Shown: positions 23,431 to 34,829 of the stretch, piece by piece
Numbering within the stretch: position 1 is the first letter of the stretch
Layout: each line of letters starts with the position of its first letter
Assembly: GCA_025594325.1 (NCBI GenBank)
Contig: JANHCV010000002.1
Coordinates: 1,240,001-1,304,000 of the forward strand
Length of the DNA: 64,000 nucleotides
Source: Blastocladiella emersonii ATCC 22665
Taxonomy: Eukaryota > Fungi > Blastocladiomycota
Direction of reading: 5' to 3'
Program-made: the position numbers and the translations under genes
Notes under the pieces: model-generated
Told to the model about the DNA's origin: nothing
What the model saw: only the letters and a program-made list of their open reading frames with translations
Database searches by the model: none

Positions 23431-23633
23431 GTCCGCGACCGCGCGCACGCGCCCGTTGGCCCGCTGAGCGCGACGACACGGGTCCACCGAGATCGGTGTC
23501 GGGCAGTACTCGCCTCTCCCACCCGGGTTATCAGGGCGGCGAGCGCGCGTAGCGGGAGGGAGAAGCGGGTAGGCGCGCGCGGGACCGTGTCGCTCGCAGT
23601 GAACGGCGCCGGCGCGTGCGCGCGGTCACAGAC
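23431..23633 (-). ncRNA. candidate structured RNA hairpin, copy 2
   Basis: Perfect 17-bp inverted repeat 23437-23453/23611-23627 plus further paired segments. Conserved core 23522-23554. Confidence 0.5.
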
Positions 23634-24484
23634 CGGGTCCAAGGGTGGGGTTCAGCGTTGAGATCGAGAGTGCGAAGACGGCGAGATTGAGAGTGCGAAA
23701 GCGAGCGCTCGAATTTGACGCGCAGGACGAGAATTGAGAGTCTACGCGGCGATGACGAGTGAGCGAGCGATCGAGGCCAGCGACAAGGGCGCCATGACGC
23801 ACCAAATCACAACGCATTCTCGGCCAAACACGATCCGGCCGTGGATGGTTTGTGAAAAATGATGTGTAGTCTGTGCGTATACGGCGTTCGTCCGTGCTCA
23901 GGCATTGCATTCAGCCAGCACAGCCCGCTCTGCCGGAACTTTGCACAGCACGTCCATAGCCCGCGTCACGCGGCAGCGAAACACAAACCAGGTGGCTCGA
24001 GCTTTCACACTCGGGCCGACATCTGCAGTTCCGCGACCAAAGTATCGGCGTGTTGGGCTCGCGCAGGCTGTCAGTATCTCTCCCGCAGCAGCGGTCGTGA
24101 ACTGCAACGCGTCTCAGGGTCCGACTTCGCCCCCAGCGAACGGCCGCGTTACAGTCTCGCTGGGCGTGCGCTGGCGTGGTTGCCGCTAGTTGATGCAGTT
24201 TTGCTTCATTAGTTTTCAGAGTTCTAGTGGTGGTCAAGGATGCTTGGAAGCGGGCGACGCGCTCGACCGTTTGAAAGACACTCGTCCACTCATCAGCTGA
24301 CCACGCGCCGCTCATCTCGACCATCCTGAGCGCGACCGCAATCGCACCCACGGCTGCGAAAAAAATGTCACACGCAAGCCAACGATCTACATACACTTGA
24401 AACTAAGGAATCGACCCATCCGGTCCACTCTGCTGACGACGCCCCGCAAGCAAAACCTCGATGCGAGTCCCCACCGCCAAAGCG

Positions 24485-24674
24485 GCCCGCGACCGCGCGC
24501 ACGCGCCCGTTGGCGCCGTCGGACCGCGTCAACACGGTCCCGTCGACGTCGACGTCCGTCTACCCCGCCCGAGTTATCAGGGCGTGCGCGCATAGCGGGC
24601 GGGAGAAGCGAGTACACGAACGAAACCATGCCGCTGACCGTGGGCGGCGCCGACGCGTGCACGCGATCACGGAC
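24485..24674 (-). ncRNA. candidate structured RNA hairpin, copy 3
   Basis: The arms pair mainly through G-U on the minus strand. Inner stem cccgcccg/cgggcggg. Conserved core 24568-24597. Confidence 0.5.
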
Positions 24675-25438
24675 CGGGTCCGAGCGTGGAGCTTGGCGTC
24701 GAGATCGAGAGTGCGAAGGCGACGAGATTGAGAGTACGAGTGCGAGCGCTCGAACTTGATGAGTAAGTCGTTGATTGTGAGCCTACGCAGCGGTAACGAG
24801 TTAGCGGGCGTTCAACAACGTGAGCATAAAGATGCCGTAACGCACTAATGCGGAAGACAGCGCTGAGGATGACGGGCTGGACATGTTGGATTCGTGACGA
24901 ACGGCGGAAAAAGGAGCCGTGCGGAAGCGCTGCTTGTCCGCGCCCAGGTGAGCACGTTGGCAAACGAGCGATGCTCAACTGTGCGCTTGCCCTCGGCCGT
25001 CCGTGGCCCGCTTGCTATGGGATCGAACACACGGTGCGTGGATCAAGCCATCGCGCTTGGACCCGGAATGTGAATCGCATGATAATAGTATCGGCGCGTT
25101 GGACCCGTGCTGGTAGTCAGCAGCGCTCCAACTGCATCGACGGTCCTCGACTCGACGCGTCCAACGGCCCGACGCCTTTTCCAGCGAATGGCCGCGTTCC
25201 GGACCCGTTCGCCGTGCGCTGGTGCGGTTGCCGCTAGTTGGTGCAAGTTTGCTTCATCAGTTTTCGGAGTCTAAGTGGTGGTTGAGGAGCGGGGAGTGGA
25301 TGCGGCGAGCGCGACCGCTTGAGCTCAACGCGCGGTCCGCGCATTAGCTGATCGCGCGTCGCTCATCTCGGCTTCCCTGAGCGCAACCACGGTCACAAGC
25401 AGGTCCCAAAACAAAGATATATCTATATATGCTCAAGA

Positions 25439-28171
25439 CTAAGAGCTCGACCCACTCGGTTGTTGCCCATCGAACCCAGTTCTGCCGTCACCCGGCCCGG
25501 TCCCGAAATCGAGCAGCTGCTGGATATATGCCGCGTTGTACATGTCCTGGGCCGACGCGAACCCGAGGACGCCGTCACCACTCCCGCCGTTCGACGCGCT
25601 CGGACTACCGCCGCCACCGCCGCCACCGCCGGGCGGCGACGTGAGGTCGAGCAGCGAGGCGACATCGTGCGCGTCGAGCAGGTCCGGGAACACGGGCAGG
25701 GCGAAATCGGGGCCGAGCGTAGTCGTACCCGCGCCCAGGGTGAGCGGGTCGGTAAGCTCGCCGCCGGGCGGGGTCGGGAAAAAGTTCATCCCCGCGATGG
25801 TCGGCGTGAACGGTATGCCCGACGCGGTCGCGGCTGCGGTCGCAGTGGCCGCGGGGACGGCGCCGGGCTGCTGATGCGGTTGTGGCGGCTGCTGCGCGGT
25901 CGACGGCGCGACCATGGTCCAGAGCGGGAGCGCGGACCCGAGACCCTGCATGACGGGCTGGAACGGCTGCAGCAGCGGCGGCGAGGACGACGACGCGTAT
26001 GCCAAGTTGTTGCTGCCGCCGTTGGCACCGTTACCGGTCCCCGATCCCGCGACGACGGCGGCGGCGGCGTTGGCGGAGACCACGTCGAGGGCGGCGTACT
26101 GGGCAACGAGCTGGTTGACGGTGGCGACCTGGGCGTCGTCGGGGAGGTCGACGAAGTCGAGGACGGCGGTCGCCGAGTCGAGCAGGCGGCGCGACAGCCA
26201 GTCGAGCTGGGCCTTGAGCGCCGACTGGTTGAGCGGGGTGTCGGCCATGGCGCTGTGGATCTCGCCGATGAACAGGAGCAGGCGCGCGAGCATGGGCGCC
26301 ATGCTCGACATGGTGACGAGCAGGATGCGCACGCGGTCGAGGTACCGGAGCGCGCGCTGGGTCTGGGCGCGGTCGGGCGTGTCGTCGTTGGTCGCGAGGA
26401 GGCAGATGACCGTCAGAAGGCACAGGATCTCATGCATGCCCATTGAGCTCGGGTACAGGTGGATGCTACCGCCGAGCCCGCCGGCGACGAGGTGCTCGGT
26501 CGTGTGCATGGCGGCGACCATGGCGTCCTCGAGCAGCGCAAGGTACTGCTGCTTGAGCGGCGACTGGATCGCCGTCGATTTCGTCGACACGAGCGGGCGG
26601 TACAGCGCGATGACGAGCCCGAAATACCGCAGCTGGATCGCGGCGGCCTGCGTCCGCTGCAGCGCGTCGGTCTCGGCGGGGTTGAACTGGAGGCGCGCGG
26701 GCAGCTCGCTGCGGAACTTGGAGAGGATCCCGTGCAGCTCCGGCAGCGTGTAGGGCAGATTTCGGCGCGTGGCGATGCCGTTGAGGGTGCGGGCGACCTT
26801 GGACGTGATCTCGGCGAGCCGCAGCGACCACACGAAATAGTGGTCCTCGTCGAGCAGCAGCGCGTCGTCGAACCGCGCCTGGTTCTCGGGGGTGCGCAGG
26901 TAGATGTCGGTGTTGAGGAAGATCTCCTCGGTGTGCAGCAGCAGCGGGCGGCCCGTGGTCAGCGACAGGTTGGCGTCCATGGTGACGAGCAGGGCCATGG
27001 TCTTGGCCCAGGTGGGCAGGCACGCGTCGATGGCGCGGAACTGCGGCGCGTTGAGGTGCAGGTGCAGGCCGATATCGGTCGCGCACCGACACGCGGTGCC
27101 GACCTGGAGCCACGGCGCCTTGTCGGGGAACACGGAGGCGTGCTGGGCGAGGAGCAGCGCGGCCTGTACGCTCTCGATCGACAAAAAGTGCGCGATGCGG
27201 GCCTGGAGCGCCGTGTTGGCAATGTCGGCAAAGATGCGCGAGAGGAGCGTGGTCGAGTTGACCGAATTGAGGCCCTGCATGAGCTCGAATTTGAGTGTGC
27301 CGCACGCGAGCACGGCGTAGGCGAGATGGTGGTTGCGGTGGGCCGGGGCGGACGCGCCAACGGCCTCGTCGAGCAGGGCGTAGGTGAGGCTGCGGTCGAG
27401 GATCGGGAACCACGCGTGGAAGGTCTCAAAGTAGACGTCGAGCATGCGCGAGGCGAAATGGCGGGCGGGGAACAGGGCGTTCTCGCGGAACAGGATGCGG
27501 CGCGGGACGCGGCCGGCGAGCGGGTTGGGCTTGTGGATGGCGGGCTCGCGGAAGGTGGAGCTCCACGGCTGCAGGGTCTGCAGCCCACTCGAGGACCCAA
27601 AGTTGGTGTAGTGGGTGGCCTTGTTGGACTCGGCGTCAATGTGGAAGAAGAGGGTCATGGACTCGGAGATCTCGTCAATGTCGGCCTGCGAGATGGGCTG
27701 CGACGCGACGCCCGACGGCGGGTGCGCCGTGAAGTGGTGGAGCTGCTGCTGCTGCGGTTGTGGCGGCTCGCTGCCGCTGGGCTCGCTGCTCCCGCGACTA
27801 TCGCTGGCGGCACCGTCGGTCAATGGCGCAGCGGTGGCGGCACCGGCGGCGGCACCGGCGGCCTTCTTGGCACCGCGTTTGGCGCGAGGTTTTGGCGGCG
27901 GGCGCTGGCTCGGGTCGACGTAGTGGCAGTCGGTGAGGCCGTGCTCGAAGCAGTGGCGGCACGGCTGCCCGCCGAGACACTTGACCTTGCGGCGGCGGCA
28001 GTTTTCGCAGGCGTGCGAGACGCGCGACCGCTTGTTGCTGCTGGGCGGCACGTAGGTCGACTCGGGGACGAGCGGCGGCGGCACGGGGCCGGGCGTGGCC
28101 GCGCTGCTGCCGGTCGGCGAGGCCGATCCCGAGCCCGGGCGCGAGCTGGTGTCCGAGTGGTCCTGTTCCAT
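25439..28171 (-). CDS. fungal Zn(II)2Cys6 transcription factor with middle-homology domain (910 aa)
   Basis: RSRVSHACENCRRRKVKCLGGQPCRHCFEHGLTDCHY. YFETFHAWFPILDR, SIESVQAALLLA, ACRCATDIGLH. Low-complexity activation-like tail. Confidence 0.93.
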   Translation of the reverse strand: MEQDHSDTSSRPGSGSASPTGSSAATPGPVPPPLVPESTYVPPSSNKRSRVSHACENCRRRKVKCLGGQPCRHCFEHGLTDCHYVDPSQRPPPKPRAKRGAKKAAGAAAGAATAAPLTDGAASDSRGSSEPSGSEPPQPQQQQLHHFTAHPPSGVASQPISQADIDEISESMTLFFHIDAESNKATHYTNFGSSSGLQTLQPWSSTFREPAIHKPNPLAGRVPRRILFRENALFPARHFASRMLDVYFETFHAWFPILDRSLTYALLDEAVGASAPAHRNHHLAYAVLACGTLKFELMQGLNSVNSTTLLSRIFADIANTALQARIAHFLSIESVQAALLLAQHASVFPDKAPWLQVGTACRCATDIGLHLHLNAPQFRAIDACLPTWAKTMALLVTMDANLSLTTGRPLLLHTEEIFLNTDIYLRTPENQARFDDALLLDEDHYFVWSLRLAEITSKVARTLNGIATRRNLPYTLPELHGILSKFRSELPARLQFNPAETDALQRTQAAAIQLRYFGLVIALYRPLVSTKSTAIQSPLKQQYLALLEDAMVAAMHTTEHLVAGGLGGSIHLYPSSMGMHEILCLLTVICLLATNDDTPDRAQTQRALRYLDRVRILLVTMSSMAPMLARLLLFIGEIHSAMADTPLNQSALKAQLDWLSRRLLDSATAVLDFVDLPDDAQVATVNQLVAQYAALDVVSANAAAAVVAGSGTGNGANGGSNNLAYASSSSPPLLQPFQPVMQGLGSALPLWTMVAPSTAQQPPQPHQQPGAVPAATATAAATASGIPFTPTIAGMNFFPTPPGGELTDPLTLGAGTTTLGPDFALPVFPDLLDAHDVASLLDLTSPPGGGGGGGGSPSASNGGSGDGVLGFASAQDMYNAAYIQQLLDFGTGPGDGRTGFDGQQPSGSSS

Positions 28172-28899
28172 GGTTCAGTTGCGTTGCATGAGGGTATCGG
28201 TTTGTTGAGGGGGAGCGAAGACAAAGGAGGGTTGCTGCAGCACAACGCGCGCGCCACCCACCGACCGACGTGTCTCGGTCAGCCTCACGTGGGCGCCATG
28301 CGCGTGCCACGGCTGTCAGGAAGCTGGCCAAAGCGCGTGACCGCGGCCGATCTTCCCTTTGGTTCTGGGCGACGCGCGTGTGCTCGAGCGGAGGCGTTCG
28401 CGGAGACACGCCGGGCGAGCGCAGAGTGTGGGAGCCGCGCCGCCGACGCCGCCCTGTGCTGCCTGCCCGCCCTCTGAGCGACGCGCTCTCCCTCTGCTCG
28501 AGATCCCCACTCACACGCAGCGCACCTCCCCGCCACGCGTGCTGATCTGCGTGTGCGTAACGCCCGCCATGCCATGCCAACGACGACCACTACGACGCTG
28601 CCCTGCCCGGATCATGAAGCACCACCGCACCACCACACCACCACCATGGATCAAGCACACCGGACGCGACCGTGATCGCGTCAGAGAGCCGACCCTCGCG
28701 TGTTGGCGAGGAAAGGATCACGGCGCGCTCTGGACATCCAATTCGGCCGTGTGAGCCACGCGTCCCAACGGCGGCGGTGCTTCATTGCACGACCGGGCGG
28801 CGCGAGTCGTCGCTGGCACGGCTTCTACCCCCCAAACCCACGTCGCTGACGCGTTTCTCTCGTTCCGCTCGTCTAGAACCCCCTCTTGATCCGCCCATC

Positions 28900-30606
28900 A
28901 TGACCCAGGTACGGCCTCAGCGCGCTTCCCACCGACCCGACACGCCAACGCTAACCACGACGCCCGCGCCGCACGTATAGCCTCAGCACCAGGCGGTCTA
29001 CGCCCAGGACGAGTACGGCCGGCCCTTCATCATCGTGCGCGAGCAGGGCGCCAAGGCGCGCCTGCGCGGCATCGAGGCCCAGAAGGCCCATATCCTGGCC
29101 GCCAAGGCCGTGACGCAGATCGTCAAGACGTCGCTCGGCCCGCGCGGCCTCGACAAGATCCTCGTCTCGCCCGACGGCGACATCACCATCACCAACGACG
29201 GCGCCACCATCCTGTCCGAGATGCACGTCGAGCACCAGATCGCCAAGCTGCTCGTCGAGCTGTCCAAGTCGCAGGACGACGAGATCGGCGACGGCACCAC
29301 CGGCGTGGTCGTGCTCGCCGGCGCTCTCCTCGAGCAGGCCGAGCTCCTCCTCGACCGCGGCATCCACCCGATCCGCATCGCCGACGGCTTCGAGCGCGCC
29401 TGCCAGGTCTCGCTCGCCACCCTCGAGCGCATCTCGGACGTGGTCCCCTTCTCCAAGGACAACACCCAGAACCTCTACAAGACCGCCTACACCTCGCTCG
29501 GCTCCAAGATCGTGTCCAAGTGCCACGAGCAGTTTGCCAAGATCGCCGTCGACGCCGTCCTCTCGGTCGCCGACCTCGACCGCAAGGACGTGGACTTTGA
29601 GCTCATCAAGGTCGACGGCAAGGTCGGCGGCTCCCTCGCCGACACGGTCCTCGTGCACGGCGTCGTCGTCGACAAGGACATGTCGCACCCGCAGATGCCC
29701 AAGTCCATTGACAACGCCAAGATCGCCATCCTCACGTGCCCGTTCGAGCCCCCGAAGCCCAAGACCAAGCACAAGCTCGACATCACCTCGGTCGACGAGT
29801 ACCACAAGCTGCGCGACTACGAGCGCACCAAGTTCGAGGCCATGGTCAAGCAGGTCAAGGACACGGGCGCCAACCTCGTCATCTGCCAGTGGGGCTTTGA
29901 CGACGAGGCCAACCACCTGCTCCTCCAGAACCAGCTCCCCGCCGTCCGGTGGGTCGGCGGCCCCGAGATTGAGCTCATCGCCATCGCCACCAACGGCCGC
30001 ATCGTGCCCCGCTTCGAGGACCTGGCCGCGTCCAAGCTCGGCACCGCCGGCAAGGTGCGCGAGCTCGCCTTCGGCACCACCAAGGACCGCATGCTCGTCA
30101 TCGAGGAGTGCGCCAACTCGCGCGCCGTGACCGTGTTTGTGCGCGGCGGCAACAAGATGATCATCGACGAGGCGCGCCGGTCGCTGCACGACGCCATGTG
30201 CGTGGTGCGCAACCTGATCCGCGACAACCGCGTCGTGTACGGCGGCGGTTCCGCCGAGGTGGCCTGCTCGCTCGACGTGGAGCGCGCCGCCGACCAGGTC
30301 AAGACCATCGAGCAGTACGCGATGCGCGGGTTCGCCGCGGCGCTCGACTCGGTGCCCCTCACGCTCGCCGAGAACTCTGGGCTGTCGCCCATCGAGACGC
30401 TCGCCGAGGTCAAGGCGCGCCAGGTCACCGAGGGCAACGCCCGCCTCGGCATCGACTGCATGCAGCGCGGCAACAGCGACATGAAGGACCAGCACGTGTT
30501 CGACCCCGTCATCTCCAAGCGCGCCCAGCTCCTCCTCGCCACCCAGCTTGTCAAGATGATCCTCAAGATCGACGACGTGATCATCAACGGCGCCGACGAG
30601 GAGTAA
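28900..30606 (+). CDS. CCT5: T-complex protein 1 subunit epsilon (CCT chaperonin)
   Basis: MTQ exon plus intron 28909-28980, then [76 protein letters not shown]. Confidence 0.97.
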
Positions 30607-30778
30607 GAAGTAGTGCGAGCGGCGGGTTTGCGACTGTACCACTCCCCACCCCACCTTTTTGTACTTGTTGTTGTTGTCGTTTTTGGATTCCATTTGTTAA
30701 AATTGATAAGCTTATATGCATCATCTCTCTTGCTCCGTGGTAGTTGCGTGCTCGGTGGTGGCGGTGTGGAGGTGATCG

Positions 30779-31240
30779 CGGCCGTGGTTGCGATCCTTGG
30801 CCACGAGTCTGCCGCGTCCGCGCCCGAGACGACGTTCACGGTCGTGGCCATGGTCGTCAACCTCGTCAGGAGCAGGACACGCGATGCATGCGTCTCATCA
30901 GGCAAAGCTCCTTCGCTTTTGTGGGATTGATCGGGCGTTCGTGGCCGCGACCATGGCCGCTAGACCGAGGCCCATGTCAGCCGCGCTTGGGCTCACTGCG
31001 CTGGCCAGGGCCATGGTCGTCACGTTTGTCGACGGCAGCGCATGCGATACGCGTCCCTCAGCGGTCAGCGCTGGCTTGCCCACCGCGAGAGACCGCGGGA
31101 CTGACCGCGGCGGCCGTGGTCGCTCGCGCGGCGGCTGTTCATCCAGGGTCGTGAAGGCCACGATAACGCAGGGCCACGACCACGCTCATGGTCGCTCGCG
31201 GAGCAACTCGCACAGGGCCACGGTCATGGCCACGACCGGG
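30779..31240. repeat. cluster of degenerate G-R-Y-C-R-Y hexamers (GGCCAT/GACCAC/GGTCAT) between convergent genes
   Basis: Examples: ggtcgtggccatggtcg (30840), gcgaccatggccg (30947), gggccatggtcg (31008), ggccacgaccacgctcatggtcg and ggccacggtcatggccacgacc (31172-31237). Confidence 0.5.
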
Positions 31241-31419
31241 ATCCAAACTCTCAGCCGACGACACAAAGCAGAGAGAGTTTGAGCAGAAAGAGCATGGTGC
31301 GCGTGGTGTGTATGTACTCAATGGAATGAATCGCGTGGTGGAAGATGGGGACAGCCGAGGGAGGGAGCGGGTTTAGAGACGTGAGCGTGGGATGGATGGG
31401 CGTTGGAGAAGAACGGAGA

Positions 31420-34400
31420 TCAGCGCGCAGCCTGCTGCGGCAACGACGCGCGCGACGCCGACGACGCCGGCGCGGCCGCCGACTTGGCGAGGCCCGAAGA
31501 TGTCCGCTGCTGCGCGTGCGCCGGTGCAGCCGCCGCGGAGAGACCCGCGTGCGACGCGGCCGACGCCGAGGCGGGGACACGGACGACCGAGGCCGCACTC
31601 GCGCCGCCGACGTTGAGGACGACCGTCTTGACCGACTCACCCTCTGCGGCCGCGGTACCGAGCATCAGCCCGCGCGTCTGGTCGAGATGCACACGGGCCC
31701 ACTCGCGCTGCAGCGACTGGACGAGCATGCGGAACACATCCCCGTCCCCGCCGGCCTTGGCGCGGAACGCGAGGCACGGGCGGAGCATGCCGAGTCCCTG
31801 CCGCGTGAGCTTGACGGTACACACGGTAGGCCGACGGCGCGTGGTCTGGGCGAGACTGGGCGTGTGGCGGAGGATGGCGCCGGTGGGCGAGACGCCGTCG
31901 GCCGTGATGTGCAGGGTCTTGGCGATCTCGACGAGCCGCGCCACGGGGTCGGCGAGCGCGAGCCCGCCGTCGGCCGCGGCCGCCGCGTAGTTGGACGGCA
32001 GCGTGATGACGTGCGACCCCGCGAACAGGGACTGCACGCTGGGCTTGCGCGCGACGACCGTCTTGGTGCGCGTGAGCGGCGCCGGGGTCGTCGGGGAATA
32101 CGAGCTCGCGGTGCTGGACCGCGGGAGCGTGGCCGCCGACGGCGTGTTGGCGAGGACCGTGGTAGGCGTCGTGGCGCTCGACGCGACCGACATGGACGAC
32201 CGGCTGCTGGCGAGCGGCGTCGGGCGGTGGCCGCGCGCCGGCGACGGCGGGAGCTGCTGCGGGCCACGCTGCGCGCGCGGCGGGGACGCGCGGATCGAGG
32301 GCGACCCGGGCGCCGCGAGCGAGTTGACGGCGAGCGTCGGCGTGGGCGCAAACGAGAGCACCTGGCCGAGCGGCGGGTGCGCGCCGGCGAGCCGCGCGTG
32401 GACCGAGTGCGGTGAGTCGGGCGTCAGGCACGGGCTGGGCCACGGGATCGCCGACGACGACGCGCGCGACATGGGGCTGTTGGGCGCCGAGCACGAACTT
32501 CCCCCAATCGCGCCCGACACGGACCCGTTGGGCGTCGAACCAGGGGCAGCGACGCCGAGCCGCGCGATCACGGCGGCGGGCAGGACGGGCGAGACGCCGG
32601 GCACGTACTGGTTGCGTGCGAGCGTGGCGGGCGGCGACGGGAGCGTGAAGGGGCGGTTGATCGAGTCGTGCGACACGACGATGGCCTCGTCGCTGCCCGT
32701 GCGCTGCTGGTGCGCGAGCTGGCGCGCCTGGATCTGCCGCGTGCGGCGGCGCTCGGCGACGGCCTCGGACGCGAGCACGGCAACGGACCGGCGGCGGCCG
32801 ATCACGGCGTCCGGCGCCACCGCTGCCGAGGCAGCAGCAGCCATGGCGAGCGGGGACGGCGCGAACAGCGTGCTGGGCGGCGCGGTCCGCGCGTTGGCGG
32901 CGGCCGCCGACGAGGGCGCCTGGGCGCGCTCGAGCCACTCGTAGACGAGCAGCTGCAGCGTGTGCAGGTGGTGGTGCGGGTCGCCGATCCCGGCGACGAG
33001 GTCGGCGCGCGGCAGCTGCGTGAGCTGCGTCAGCAGGATCATGGCGTCGGCGTGCAGGTCGCCGAGCGCCGGGTCGCGCGACTGCGCGCGCAGGTCGTTG
33101 GCGTGCGCCTCGAGGTCGTCGTCATCATCCTCATCTTCGCTCTCGGTCCCGTCGGCGGGGTCAAACGACGACGCGGACCCAGCGAAACGACCGTGGTTTC
33201 GTGGGCGGCCGCCGTACGCGCGGGCGAGGGCGTGGGCGCGGATCGCGCGGTCGGCGGGGACCTTGGCGAGCGGGAGGATGGCGCCGGCGTTGGGCGGTGC
33301 CGTAGGGGAAGCCCCACCGACGACCCACGGGTGCGCGAGCACGTCGGCCATGGGGATCCGGCGCGCGGGGTCGACGGTGAGCATGCGGCGGAGCAGGTCG
33401 ACGAGCTCGCGCGAGAGGAAGCCCGGGAAGTGCACCTCGCCGCGGCGGATGCGGGCGTGCAGCTGCGGCAGCGTCGGGGCGTCGAAGGGGACGCGCGCGG
33501 TCACCAGCACGTACAGGATGACGCCGAGCGACCACACGTCCACCTCGGGCCCCGTGTACGGGTGCGCGGAGATGAGCTCCGGGCTCGCGAAATACAGCGA
33601 GCCGCAGAAGGTGTGCAGCTGCGACGCCGGGTCGTAGAAGTTGGACAGGCCAAAGTCGACGAGCTTGAGGTGCCCGTCGCGCGTCAGCAGGATGTTCTCG
33701 ATCTTGAGGTCGCGGTGGACGATGTGGTGGGCGTGGCAGTAGGCTGGATGGTCATGGTTAGGGTCATGGTCGGTGGGCGAGAGCAGAGAGAAGAAGGAGA
33801 AGCCGTACCGACAGCGCTCAGCAGCGAGCGGGCGAGGCGCACGGCGTCGCGCTCGGGCAGGCGGCCGTTGGCGACGACGTGGTCGAGCAGCTGCGGGCCG
33901 TCGACGTACTCCATGACCAGGTAGAAGTGCGTGTCGGTGACGATGGCGTCGGCCATGCGCACAATGTCTAATGCGGGCAGGTCGGGGTGGCGAAGTCGGT
34001 TAGCCGTGTTTCGGATTCTCGCTCCACGCGCCGCGCCACTCGCGTGACCGCGCACCACCACGCAAAAAACGTACTCGGGTGGTTGAGCAGGAACAGGACC
34101 GAGGCCTCGCGCAGGACGCGCGTCTCGGCCGTCTGGTCGTCCTCGTTGGTGAGCTGGCCGCTGCGCGGGATGATCTTGACGGCAAACTGGTTTCGGGATG
34201 AGGCGAATCCGGTGGGTTAGCATCGCCGCCGCCACATCCGCAAAAACAGGCGTGCGTACCTTGTTGCCACACTCGTCGGTCGCCAGCTTGACCTTGCCCA
34301 TGGACCCCTGGCCGAGCGTCTTGCCGAACGTGTACTGGTCGAGCCGCGTCACGGACGCGAACAGCGTCTTGTCGGGCGACCCGGCCGAGGACGTCGTCGA

Positions 34401-34829
34401 CTTGGGCCGCGCGAGCGACCACCGCGACGGGCTGGCCGGTGTGGCCGCCGAAGTCGTCGTCGCGGCGACGGGCCGGCGCTCGACGACGAGCTTACCGGGG
34501 CGGAAGAAGGGATGGTCCCACTCGTCGTCCTCGTCGTCATCGAGATCGTCGTCGTCGTCGTCGGTCGAGCTCACCACCTCCTCGTCCTCGACGCGCAGCG
34601 GCATCGGGCGATCGAGCGACACGCGGCGGCCGCAGTGTGCCGCGGCGGCGACGGCATCGGAGGTCGTGGTGGTCACGGCGACGGCCGCGTTGGTCGACAG
34701 CGGCGACGAGGGCAGCGGCGGCGACGCACGGCGCATGTGCGGGCGGCGCGCCGTGGTGGTTGCCAATGGGGTGCCTCCGGCGGTAGCGGGGTGGCCGGGC
34801 GGGATGCGGGGGGCAACGAGGGCGGGCAT
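31420..34829 (-). CDS. KIN1: KIN1/PAR-1/MARK-family Ser/Thr kinase with C-terminal KA1-like domain, 3 introns
   Basis: LGQGSMGKVKLA, HPNIVRM (spliced), HRDLKIENILL, DFGLSNFY, TFCGSLYFASPEL..YTGPEVDVWSLGV. KA1-like CLAFRAKAGGDGDVFRMLV. Confidence 0.88.

Larger units (their letters stand above)
22220..25400 (-). repeat. three diverged tandem units (~1.05-1.09 kb period), each a decayed ORF relic plus a long hairpin
   Basis: TTATCAGGG recurs at 22437, 23528 and 24574; GCCGCTAGTTG at 24182 and 25230. Shared minus-strand peptides HQL.A....AQ..NA and KFERS.S.SQSRRLRTLDL are interrupted by stops and frameshifts. Confidence 0.85.

Noticed and set aside
22431-24597. Minus-strand core CUGAUAA resembling the hammerhead ribozyme CUGAUGA
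   Set aside because: G8 is not conserved and there is no GAAA or three-way junction arrangement.
22220-25400. Repeats as a CRISPR array or a MITE family
   Set aside because: The period is about 1 kb and the host is eukaryotic. The hairpin centre, not its ends, is conserved, and no TSDs are evident.
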